In this document: positions 9,560 through 17,902 of the stretch, one piece after another
Position numbering within the stretch: position 1 is the first letter of the stretch
Layout: each line of letters opens with the position of its first letter
Assembly: GCA_900320735.1 (NCBI GenBank)
Contig: ONTJ01000031.1
Span: forward strand, 1-56,785
DNA from: an uncultured Eubacteriales bacterium
GTDB taxonomy: Bacteria; Bacillota_I; Bacilli_A; RF39; UBA660
DNA: 56,785 bases
Direction: 5' to 3'
Notes under the pieces: generated by a model
The model's input: the letters and a program-made list of their open reading frames with translations, nothing else
Database searches by the model: none
What the model was told of the DNA's origin: nothing
Made by a program: the position numbers and the translations under genes

Positions 9560-10063
9560 ATGAAAGATAAGATAAATAAATTACTTAAAAATAAAAGATT
9601 TGTTATGTTTATGATTTTATTTTTAATTTTACTTATTTGCCTAATTTTATTAAAGGGAGCATTTTTTCCTAAAAGTGGATCAAATTATGGTAATAGGTTA
9701 GATGGTATTGAAAAAATAAAATTTGGACAATCAGCTCAAACAAAAATTATAAAATCAATAAAATCAAATGAAAAAGTAGAAAAAGTAAAAATGAATATTC
9801 ATGGTAAGATAATAAATATAATATATGATGTTAAAAAAACTACAACTGTAGATGAAGCACACTTGATTGCACAAGAAAGTTTAGATAAATTTTCTAATAA
9901 GGTTAAAGGGTTTTATGATATTCAATTTATAATTACAAATAAAAATGAGGAAGGACAAGAGGTTGAAACTACAAAAGAAGATGGTACTGTATCTAAGGAA
10001 ATTGTAAAACAATTTCCAATAATGGGATATAAAAATGCCAAAAATGATAGTATTGTATGGTAG
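9560..10063 (+). CDS. membrane-anchored hypothetical protein
   Basis: I prefer ATG 9560 (MKDKINKLLK…) because of the GAGGTG RBS; the track start is 9551. One N-terminal TM helix (FVMFMILFLILLICLILL) precedes a soluble domain. Confidence 0.6.
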   Translation: MKDKINKLLKNKRFVMFMILFLILLICLILLKGAFFPKSGSNYGNRLDGIEKIKFGQSAQTKIIKSIKSNEKVEKVKMNIHGKIINIIYDVKKTTTVDEAHLIAQESLDKFSNKVKGFYDIQFIITNKNEEGQEVETTKEDGTVSKEIVKQFPIMGYKNAKNDSIVW

Positions 10064-10072
10064 GTAGATATT

Positions 10073-12142
10073 ATGAAAAAGAAAAATAAAAAATATAATT
10101 TAAAAAGAATACTAACATTAGTAGTAACAATTATAATAATTACTATTAGTATTTTAATATTAATTGGTATTAAAAATAGAAATGATAAAAATGGTGTATT
10201 TTCTATATTAGAAAAAAGATGGATAGAAAAAAATAAATCAGATGTTATTAATGTATCAATAATAAATGATTTGCCAATATTTGGTAGTGAAGGCGACGGT
10301 GTATTTTTTGATTTCTTAAAGGATTTTGAAAAAGAAACTTCGATAAAAGTTAATATGATACCTTATTCAATACAAAAAAGTGCAAATGATAAAGGTTATA
10401 GTTTTCAAGTTACTGATAAGTCTGTACTTAATGAAAATGAATTACTATTTTATACTGATAATTATGTGATGATCAGTAAGGATAGTGAAAAAGTTAAAAA
10501 AATTAGTGATTTAGAAAATACAATAATAGGTGTCTTAGAAACGGATTTAAGTACCGTTAAAGAACATTTGAATGTAGATAGTAGTGTTATATATAATACA
10601 TATAATAATATAGATACTTTAATCGCAGCAATTAAGAATAATGATATAAAATACGCTATAATACCTAAGAATATTTATTTAGATGTAATTTTAAAAGATA
10701 ATTATTATATTGTATATAATATATCTGATATCTATACTAATTATACATTTAATATAAATGGTGAAGAAAAAGTATTAAATAACATATTTAATAAATTTTA
10801 CATCAGATGGATGAAGGAAAAATATGCCGATTCATATAATTCTAGATTATTATCATTATATATGAATGTAAAAGGAATAGATGAAATATCAAAAGCGGAT
10901 TTTAATAGTAAAGATTATGTATATGGCTATGTGAAAAATGTTCCTTATGAATCAGAAATAAATGGAGATTTTATAGGGTTTAACAGTGAAATATTAGATG
11001 ACTTTGCATCATCTATGAATATATCATTTAAAATTAGTGAATTTGATTCAATTGAGGAATTAACAAGAGCACTTAACGATGGTAAAGTTGATGTAGCATT
11101 CAATTATTATAAATTTAATAATTTAAATAATAAAGTTGATTATACATTTTCAGTATATGATGAAAAGGTTGTAGTTTTATCAAGCATTAATAATATTAAG
11201 ACAACAGCAAGTTCATTCAAATCATTAAAAGATAAAGAAGTTTTAATGATTGATAATAAAATTGCTAATTATATAGATGATAAAACTGATATAAAAATTA
11301 ATAAATTTAATACAATTAGTTCGTTATTTAGTAGTATGAATGATGATTCTATATTAATTATGGATTATAATACATACAATTACTATAAAAATAGTGAACT
11401 TATAGATTATAAAGTAATTTATGAGGAAAATATAGATTCTGATTTTAACTTTATATTAGTTAATTCAAATAAAAACAAAACTTTTATAAGTTTATTTAAA
11501 TACTATATTTCATCTGTAAATTCAGATATCTACAAATCAAAGGCATTATTGAAATATAATAATGATAGTAAAAAAATTAATTTATCTTATGTATATTTAA
11601 TAATAGGAATAATTGTTTTAACAATATTCAGTATATTTTATTTCAAAAACAGAACAATTTCTAGCAAAGTTAAAAAAGAAGATAAAATGAAATATGTTGA
11701 CCATTTGACTTCACTTAAAAATCGTCATTACCTAAATCAAAATTATTTAAAATGGCAATCAAACAAAATATATCCACAAGCAATAATTGTTGTAAATGTA
11801 AATAAAATTGGGCATATTAATGATGTATATGGTCATGAAGAAGGGGATATGGTTATTAAACAAGCAGCTAATATACTTATTAATAATCAACTTGAACAAA
11901 GTGACATAGTAAGGACAAATGGAGATGAATTCTTGATATATCTAGTTGGATATGAAGAATCAAAAGTCATAACTTATATGAGAAGATTATATAAAGAATT
12001 TAAAAATTTACCATATAAGTTCGGCGCTTCATTAGGTTATAGTATGATCTTAGATGACGTTAAGACTATTGATGATGCGATCAATGAATCTGTTTTAGAA
12101 ATAAAAACTAATAAAGAAACTATGAATAATAAAGAATCATAA
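10073..12142 (+). CDS. membrane receptor diguanylate cyclase (GGDEF domain) with a large extracytoplasmic solute-binding-like region
   Basis: 689 aa. The layout is an N-terminal TM helix, an ectodomain of about 480 aa, a second TM helix (VYLIIGIIVLTIFSIFYF), and a C-terminal GGDEF domain (DHLTSLKNRHYL…GHEEGDMVIK…RTNGDEFLIY). Confidence 0.8.
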   Translation: MKKKNKKYNLKRILTLVVTIIIITISILILIGIKNRNDKNGVFSILEKRWIEKNKSDVINVSIINDLPIFGSEGDGVFFDFLKDFEKETSIKVNMIPYSIQKSANDKGYSFQVTDKSVLNENELLFYTDNYVMISKDSEKVKKISDLENTIIGVLETDLSTVKEHLNVDSSVIYNTYNNIDTLIAAIKNNDIKYAIIPKNIYLDVILKDNYYIVYNISDIYTNYTFNINGEEKVLNNIFNKFYIRWMKEKYADSYNSRLLSLYMNVKGIDEISKADFNSKDYVYGYVKNVPYESEINGDFIGFNSEILDDFASSMNISFKISEFDSIEELTRALNDGKVDVAFNYYKFNNLNNKVDYTFSVYDEKVVVLSSINNIKTTASSFKSLKDKEVLMIDNKIANYIDDKTDIKINKFNTISSLFSSMNDDSILIMDYNTYNYYKNSELIDYKVIYEENIDSDFNFILVNSNKNKTFISLFKYYISSVNSDIYKSKALLKYNNDSKKINLSYVYLIIGIIVLTIFSIFYFKNRTISSKVKKEDKMKYVDHLTSLKNRHYLNQNYLKWQSNKIYPQAIIVVNVNKIGHINDVYGHEEGDMVIKQAANILINNQLEQSDIVRTNGDEFLIYLVGYEESKVITYMRRLYKEFKNLPYKFGASLGYSMILDDVKTIDDAINESVLEIKTNKETMNNKES

Positions 12143-12153
12143 GGTGTGATATT

Positions 12154-12978
12154 GTGGATAAATTCAAAAGAATTATTATAAAAGTTATAAAATTAATAAG
12201 AAAGCCAGTTATGTCTATTTTACCAGGACAATTGTCTTTCTTTTTGTTATTGTCTTTAATTCCAATTTTATTATTAATGGGTGTTATATGTAATATATTA
12301 TCTCTTCCAACCAATGATATAATAAGTGCATTAAAGATTAGCTTGCCAGCTAATACTAGTTCACTTCTCATACCACTTTTGTCAAATAGCAAGATGGATT
12401 ATAACATTTTAATATTGATAATATCTTCTATTATTTTAATATCAAAAGGAACAAGATCAATAATGAGAGTAGCAACAACTATATATGAAAATGAAGATAA
12501 AAATACACTGATTAATTTAATAAAATCAATTGTACTTGCAGTCATACTTGTTTTGTTATTTGCCTTCCTAATTGTAATACCAATTTTAGGTACAAAAATT
12601 TTAGATTTTTTTCATAATTTTAAAATAATATCTTCGTTATCTGATAATCTAATTAAGATGTATGATATTCTAAAATGGCCATTTTCAATTTTTGTAGTAT
12701 TCATAAATATAAAATTATTATATATGTTTTCTCCATCAAAAAGGATACCTTCAAAAAATGTTAATAAAGGTGCAATTTTTACAACATTTTTTTGGATTAT
12801 ACTAACAGCTATATATTCATTTTATATAACAAATATATCCTCATATAATTTATATTATGGTGGTGCATCCAATTTAATTATTTTAATGCTTTGGGTATAT
12901 TTCATTAGTTATATATTTGTCCTTGGCATGTGTATCAATGCAAGTTCACAGTCAAATGATTTACATGATATAAAGTAA
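12154..12978 (+). CDS. YihY/BrkB-family membrane protein
   Basis: 274 aa and polytopic. The N-terminus ILPGQLSFFLLLSLIPILLL is typical of YihY family proteins. It uses a GTG start. Confidence 0.7.
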   Translation: MDKFKRIIIKVIKLIRKPVMSILPGQLSFFLLLSLIPILLLMGVICNILSLPTNDIISALKISLPANTSSLLIPLLSNSKMDYNILILIISSIILISKGTRSIMRVATTIYENEDKNTLINLIKSIVLAVILVLLFAFLIVIPILGTKILDFFHNFKIISSLSDNLIKMYDILKWPFSIFVVFINIKLLYMFSPSKRIPSKNVNKGAIFTTFFWIILTAIYSFYITNISSYNLYYGGASNLIILMLWVYFISYIFVLGMCINASSQSNDLHDIK

Positions 12979-13013
12979 AGTTGATAAAAATCCTACAAAA
13001 AATATATAAAAAG

Positions 13014-13022
13014 TGATATAAT
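13014..13022 (+). promoter_or_regulatory. extended -10 promoter (TGaTATAAT)
   Basis: TGATATAAT lies 25 nt upstream of ATG 13047. Confidence 0.4.
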
Positions 13023-13046
13023 TTTAATGTTATGGAGGTAATCATA

Positions 13047-15077
13047 ATGAAAGATAAAATAAAAAATGTAGTAAATAAAGTTAAAGAATTCGATTACAAA
13101 TATTACTTAAGTACTAATGTATTGTTTTTTACTTTTGTAATAACAACGCTTATAAATGGAATGTTACTAAGATTTGTAACAGTTCATAATTTTTTTGCAA
13201 TTAAACCTGTACTTGCAGATTTAGCACTAATATTATTACTTGGTGCGTTTGTATATTTATTCAAACCAAAAAACAGATTTAAATATTTAGTTATATTATC
13301 GGTTATATTGACTGCAGTGTGTGTAATTAATTCACTTTATTACACATATTATATGTCATTTGCGTCATTTTCTTTAATTGCTGTTTCACTAACAGTAGTG
13401 GACGTAGGAGATGCTGTAATCAAAAATGTTTTACAATTTAAAGACTTTATATTCTTGTGGCAAATCATTGTACTTTTTATTGTAAATTTAAGATTAAAGA
13501 AAAAAGGTCATTATAATAGAGTGGCTAAATTAGAAAATAAGAAAAAAAGATTTTCAGGTACAATTATATCAGGGCTAGTTGTATATGCATTGTTTTTTGC
13601 AACTGTTACATCAGTTGAATATAGTAGACTTGCAAAACAATGGAATAGAGAATTTTTAGTAACTAAATTTGGAGTATATACATATCAAATAAATGATTTA
13701 TTTAAGAGTTTAGATGCTAAATTTAATACATTGTTTGGATATGATAATGCTGCTAAGGAATTTAGGGATTTCTTTGATACAAAAGAAGCACATAAAAATA
13801 ATGACTATACTAACAAATTTAAAGATTATAATGTAATTGTCATTCACGCAGAAAGTATTCAAAATGTAGCACTTAAGATGTCGTTTAATGGCAATGAAGT
13901 AGCACCTAATCTTAATAGATTGAAAAATGAAGGTATATATTTCAGTAATTACTATGCACAAGCTAGTAGTGGAACAAGTAGTGATTCAGAATTTACATTC
14001 TCAACATCACTTCTTCCTGTAACTAATGGTGCAGTTGCTATAAGTTATTGGAATAGAGAATATGAAACTATACAAAAATTACTTAAAGAACAAAATTATA
14101 GAATTTTAAGTATGCATGGTAATACAGGCAGTTTTTGGAATAGAATTAATTTTCATAATAGTTTAGGTTATGATAAATATTATAGTAAAGCAGATTATAA
14201 TATAGATGAAACAATCGGACTTGGTCTATCTGACAAATCTTTCTTTAGACAATCTATTGATATATTAAAAAATGAACATGATAAGTATGGAAAGATATTT
14301 GCAACACTTATTATGCTTTCAAATCACACTCCATTTGATGATCTAGAATCCTATGGAAAATTTGATGTTGATATTAAAGAAAATGTCACTAAAACTTTAG
14401 AAAATGGTGAAACAGTAACAGAAGAGGTTTCATATCCATATATGGAAGGAACAAAACTAGGAAATTATTTTAAATCAGTTCATTATGCAGATAGTGCTAT
14501 TGGAGAATTAATTAATGGACTTGATGAAAAAGGATTACTTGAAAATACAATTGTTGTAATTTATGGTGACCATGATGCAAAACTTCCAAAATCAGATTTT
14601 ACGAGACTATATAATTATGACAAAGAGACTGATGACATAATTTCAGAAGAAGATGAAAAATATATAGATGTTGATTATTATAAATATGAATTAGACAGAT
14701 CAGTACCATTCATTATTTGGACAAAAAATGAAAAATTATCTAAAGTAGTAAACACTGCTATGGGTATGTATGATGCTGCACCAACTTTAGCTAATATGTT
14801 AGGTGTGACTCCAAAATATAATTTAGGACATGATGTAATGGGATTAGATGATAATATAGTAATATTCCCAAATGGTAACTGGTTAACAAATAATATTTAT
14901 TATAATAGTCAAAAAGATCAATATAAAATATTAAATACAAACTATGTAATAAATAATGATGAAATATCTAATAATAATGAATATGTTTCACAAAGGCTAA
15001 ACATTTCTAATGATATAATATTGTATGACTTGATTAAAAATGAAAAGAATAGATTACAGAGAGTAGAAGGAGAGTAA
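13047..15077 (+). CDS. LTA synthase-family sulfatase-fold enzyme (LtaS-like polyglycerolphosphate transferase)
   Basis: I prefer ATG 13047 because of the GGAGGT RBS. Five N-terminal TM helices precede an extracellular sulfatase domain (SGTSSDSEF, LSNHTPF, IYGDHD). Confidence 0.8.
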   Translation: MKDKIKNVVNKVKEFDYKYYLSTNVLFFTFVITTLINGMLLRFVTVHNFFAIKPVLADLALILLLGAFVYLFKPKNRFKYLVILSVILTAVCVINSLYYTYYMSFASFSLIAVSLTVVDVGDAVIKNVLQFKDFIFLWQIIVLFIVNLRLKKKGHYNRVAKLENKKKRFSGTIISGLVVYALFFATVTSVEYSRLAKQWNREFLVTKFGVYTYQINDLFKSLDAKFNTLFGYDNAAKEFRDFFDTKEAHKNNDYTNKFKDYNVIVIHAESIQNVALKMSFNGNEVAPNLNRLKNEGIYFSNYYAQASSGTSSDSEFTFSTSLLPVTNGAVAISYWNREYETIQKLLKEQNYRILSMHGNTGSFWNRINFHNSLGYDKYYSKADYNIDETIGLGLSDKSFFRQSIDILKNEHDKYGKIFATLIMLSNHTPFDDLESYGKFDVDIKENVTKTLENGETVTEEVSYPYMEGTKLGNYFKSVHYADSAIGELINGLDEKGLLENTIVVIYGDHDAKLPKSDFTRLYNYDKETDDIISEEDEKYIDVDYYKYELDRSVPFIIWTKNEKLSKVVNTAMGMYDAAPTLANMLGVTPKYNLGHDVMGLDDNIVIFPNGNWLTNNIYYNSQKDQYKILNTNYVINNDEISNNNEYVSQRLNISNDIILYDLIKNEKNRLQRVEGE

Positions 15078-15078
15078 T

Positions 15079-15711
15079 ATGAAGAAAAAAAAGAAGAAAT
15101 TAATATTCTTTATAATCATACTAATTGCAGCAGCAGTTTTAGTATATATGGCTCTTAACTTAAATAATAAAGGTAGTGACAAACCAATTAAGAAAGTAGT
15201 AGATGAAATAGAAAAATTTGATTATACTGTTTCAGAAACTGATACAAAATTATTTAAAGATGAATTTAAAAAATTAAAAAAAGAGTTATCTAAGAAAAAA
15301 ATTGATAATAAGGAATATGCGACTATTGTAGCAAAGTTATTTATAATTGATTTCTTTACATTAGATAATAAGCTAAGTAAGAATGATGTTGGTGGAATTC
15401 AATTTGTATATAGCGAATATAAAACATCGTTCATTGACAAAGCAAGAGATGAATTTTATAGATATGTGAAGAGTAATCTAGATAATAATAGAGATCAAAA
15501 ATTACCAATCGTCAAAGAAATAAAAGTTACTTCTTGTGAAGAAATAACTACATCATCAGAATTATCTGGCGAACAATTTTCATCAATAGATGAGGCATAT
15601 AAAATAAGTCTTAATTGGAAATATAAAGAAGATTTGGGATATCAATCTTCAGGTAATGTCATAGTAATAAAAGATAATGAGAAATTTTCAGTAGCAAAGT
15701 TATATGAATAA
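15079..15711 (+). CDS. membrane-anchored hypothetical protein
   Basis: 210 aa with a K-rich N-terminus, one TM helix, then a soluble domain. It is tightly packed between the LtaS-like and LCP genes. Confidence 0.6.
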   Translation: MKKKKKKLIFFIIILIAAAVLVYMALNLNNKGSDKPIKKVVDEIEKFDYTVSETDTKLFKDEFKKLKKELSKKKIDNKEYATIVAKLFIIDFFTLDNKLSKNDVGGIQFVYSEYKTSFIDKARDEFYRYVKSNLDNNRDQKLPIVKEIKVTSCEEITTSSELSGEQFSSIDEAYKISLNWKYKEDLGYQSSGNVIVIKDNEKFSVAKLYE

Positions 15712-15721
15712 GGAGGTAATT

Positions 15722-17773
15722 ATGAAACGTAAAGATAGTGGAGAAACAAGAAAAAAATATAAGGGTTTTGCATCTTTTGTAGGATTTTTACTTGGAATGT
15801 ATCTAGTAACAACTGCTTATTTAGTTTATAATTTATATAATTTAACTGGTATTGAAAATTTAATTAGATATGTAGTTATGGGTGTATTAATACTAGTATC
15901 ATTATTCGTGTTAATAAAATATTTTTCAATGAGAAAAAAACCAAAAATAGGAAAATATTTACTTATGACGCTAGTTATTATTATACTTGGAATAGCCCAA
16001 TTTTTTGTAGGGTATACAATAAATAAAGGGCTTAATGTAGTTAACAGTATTTCAGATAAAAAATACAAGACATATAAAACTAGTTTAGTGGCACTAAAAA
16101 GTGGAAGTATATCTAAAGTAAAAGACATAACAGGTGATACTAAAATCGGTAGAGTAAGTGATAGCGATGATGTTGAAAATAATATGTTATCCGAAGAAAT
16201 AATTGAAAAAAATAAGATAAGTGATGATCAGATAGTAGATTATGATGACCCTATAACTTTATTATATGATTTATATGAAGGCAAGGTAGATGCTGCATTT
16301 ATTTCTGGAAGCTATGTTGATATATATAAGACAATGCAAAAATTTGAAAATATTGCAGACGATTTAATAGAACTTGATTCATATTCAAAAAAAATGAAAG
16401 TTAAAAAAGAAGATAAAACTACTGCACTTAATTCTTCAAGTATAGACAAACCATTTACGATTTTATTGATGGGTGTAGACTCAACTGCAGATGATATATC
16501 AAAATCAAGCGGTCTTGGAGATTCACTAATGGTTATAACATTTAATCCTAAAACATTAAATGCAACTATACTAAGTATCCCACGTGATACATTTGTGCAA
16601 GTTACATGTTATAGAAATGTAAGAAGTAAAATAACACATGCTGCTTCAGGTGGAGATAAGTGTATGATAAATACTATTCAACAATTTTTAGATGTTAATA
16701 TTGATTACTATGTAAAAATTAACTTTAGAGGACTTGTTAAAATAGTAGATGCTGTTGGAGGAATTGATGTAGATGTTCCATATGCGTTCTGTGAGCAAAA
16801 TAGTTTAAGACAAATGGATAATGGGGCAATGGTATTTGTTAATAAGGGATGGCAACATTTAAATGGAGAACAAGCATTAGCACTTTCTAGAAATAGAAAG
16901 ACAGTTGAATATTGTTCTAAAGAATGGAATAAAGGTACAAGAAATGACTTTGTAAGAGGACAAAATCAACAACTAGTAATAAATGCAATTGTAAATAAAA
17001 TTAAGTCATTGGATAGTTTAGATAAATTTTATTCATTGTTAGATGCTATAGGTGGTAGCATGGTAACAAATATGGATAGAAAACAAATATTATCATTCTA
17101 TAATTTACTAAAGAAAATATTAATAAATAGTAAAGATTTAACAAGTGGTAATAATTTAATTGATATGCAAAAAACTTACTTGAATGGTAGAGGAGCATTA
17201 ATACAAGATGGAATAATGTCAAGTATGAACTTATATGAATATGTACCTTCTACTCAAAGTTTAAATGCAATAATAAAAGTCATGAAAGAAAATCTAGAAC
17301 TTGTAAAAGTAGAACCAACTAAAACATTTAGTTTTTCATCAGATAAAAAATATGAACAAAAAGTAATAGGGTCTGACTTATATGGTGGAATAGCATCATA
17401 TCCAACAGTACCTGAAGCTCCAACTAATGACAACACATGTACTGGTGAAAATGAAGAACTAGGTGCAGATAAAGTAACTTGTGTTTGTAAAAATGGTTAT
17501 AAAAAAGAAGATGGAGTATGTAAAAAACAGGAATCTAGTTGTACTGGTGAAAATGAAGAACTAGGTGCAGATAAAGTAACCTGCGTTTGTAAATGGGGAT
17601 ACAAAAGAAAATCTGGTGTTTGTGTAAAAAAAGATGATTCTTCTTCTGATGATGGAAGTAATAAAGAAAATAATAATGATGAAAATCCAAGTGGTAAAAA
17701 TGATACACAGCCATCGGATAATACTGGTGGATCTGAATCAAATAACGAAACAAATCCTTCTAATGAAGAGTAG
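15722..17773 (+). CDS. LytR-CpsA-Psr (LCP) family glycopolymer-peptidoglycan ligase with extra domains and a Cys-rich repeat tail
   Basis: I prefer ATG 15722 because of the AAGGAGG RBS. N-terminal TM helices are followed by an inserted binding-protein-like segment, then the LCP core (FTILLMGVDS…DSLMVITFNP…LSIPRDT…HLNGEQALALSRNR). Two 34-aa Cys-rich repeats and an S/D/N/E-rich tail complete the protein. Confidence 0.8.
   Translation: MKRKDSGETRKKYKGFASFVGFLLGMYLVTTAYLVYNLYNLTGIENLIRYVVMGVLILVSLFVLIKYFSMRKKPKIGKYLLMTLVIIILGIAQFFVGYTINKGLNVVNSISDKKYKTYKTSLVALKSGSISKVKDITGDTKIGRVSDSDDVENNMLSEEIIEKNKISDDQIVDYDDPITLLYDLYEGKVDAAFISGSYVDIYKTMQKFENIADDLIELDSYSKKMKVKKEDKTTALNSSSIDKPFTILLMGVDSTADDISKSSGLGDSLMVITFNPKTLNATILSIPRDTFVQVTCYRNVRSKITHAASGGDKCMINTIQQFLDVNIDYYVKINFRGLVKIVDAVGGIDVDVPYAFCEQNSLRQMDNGAMVFVNKGWQHLNGEQALALSRNRKTVEYCSKEWNKGTRNDFVRGQNQQLVINAIVNKIKSLDSLDKFYSLLDAIGGSMVTNMDRKQILSFYNLLKKILINSKDLTSGNNLIDMQKTYLNGRGALIQDGIMSSMNLYEYVPSTQSLNAIIKVMKENLELVKVEPTKTFSFSSDKKYEQKVIGSDLYGGIASYPTVPEAPTNDNTCTGENEELGADKVTCVCKNGYKKEDGVCKKQESSCTGENEELGADKVTCVCKWGYKRKSGVCVKKDDSSSDDGSNKENNNDENPSGKNDTQPSDNTGGSESNNETNPSNEE
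17438..17641 (+). repeat. tandem 102-bp (34-codon) direct repeat inside the LCP gene
   Basis: The copies start at 17438 and 17540. The first 40 nt or so are identical (TGTACTGGTGAAAATGAAGAACTAGGTGCAGATAAAGTAAC). They encode CTGENEELGADKVTCVCKNGYKKEDGVCKKQESS and CTGENEELGADKVTCVCKWGYKRKSGVCVKKDDSS. Confidence 0.9.
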
Positions 17774-17778
17774 TAAAA

Positions 17779-17805
17779 AGATAAGATGAAAATCTTATCT
17801 TTTTT
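17779..17805 (+). terminator. intrinsic terminator
   Basis: AGATAAGAT (17779-17787) pairs with ATCTTATCT (17792-17800) around a GAAA loop, followed by TTTTT. Confidence 0.75.
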
Positions 17806-17867
17806 AACATTTATTTGACATAAAATGATATTTTTTTTAATACCACCTATACCTCACTATAATAATT

Positions 17868-17876
17868 TGTTATAAT
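17868..17876 (+). promoter_or_regulatory. extended -10 promoter (TGtTATAAT)
   Basis: TGTTATAAT at 17868-17876, upstream of the GGGAGG RBS and ATG 17903. Confidence 0.45.
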
Positions 17877-17902
17877 TTTAATATATGATGGGAGGAATTG
17901 AT

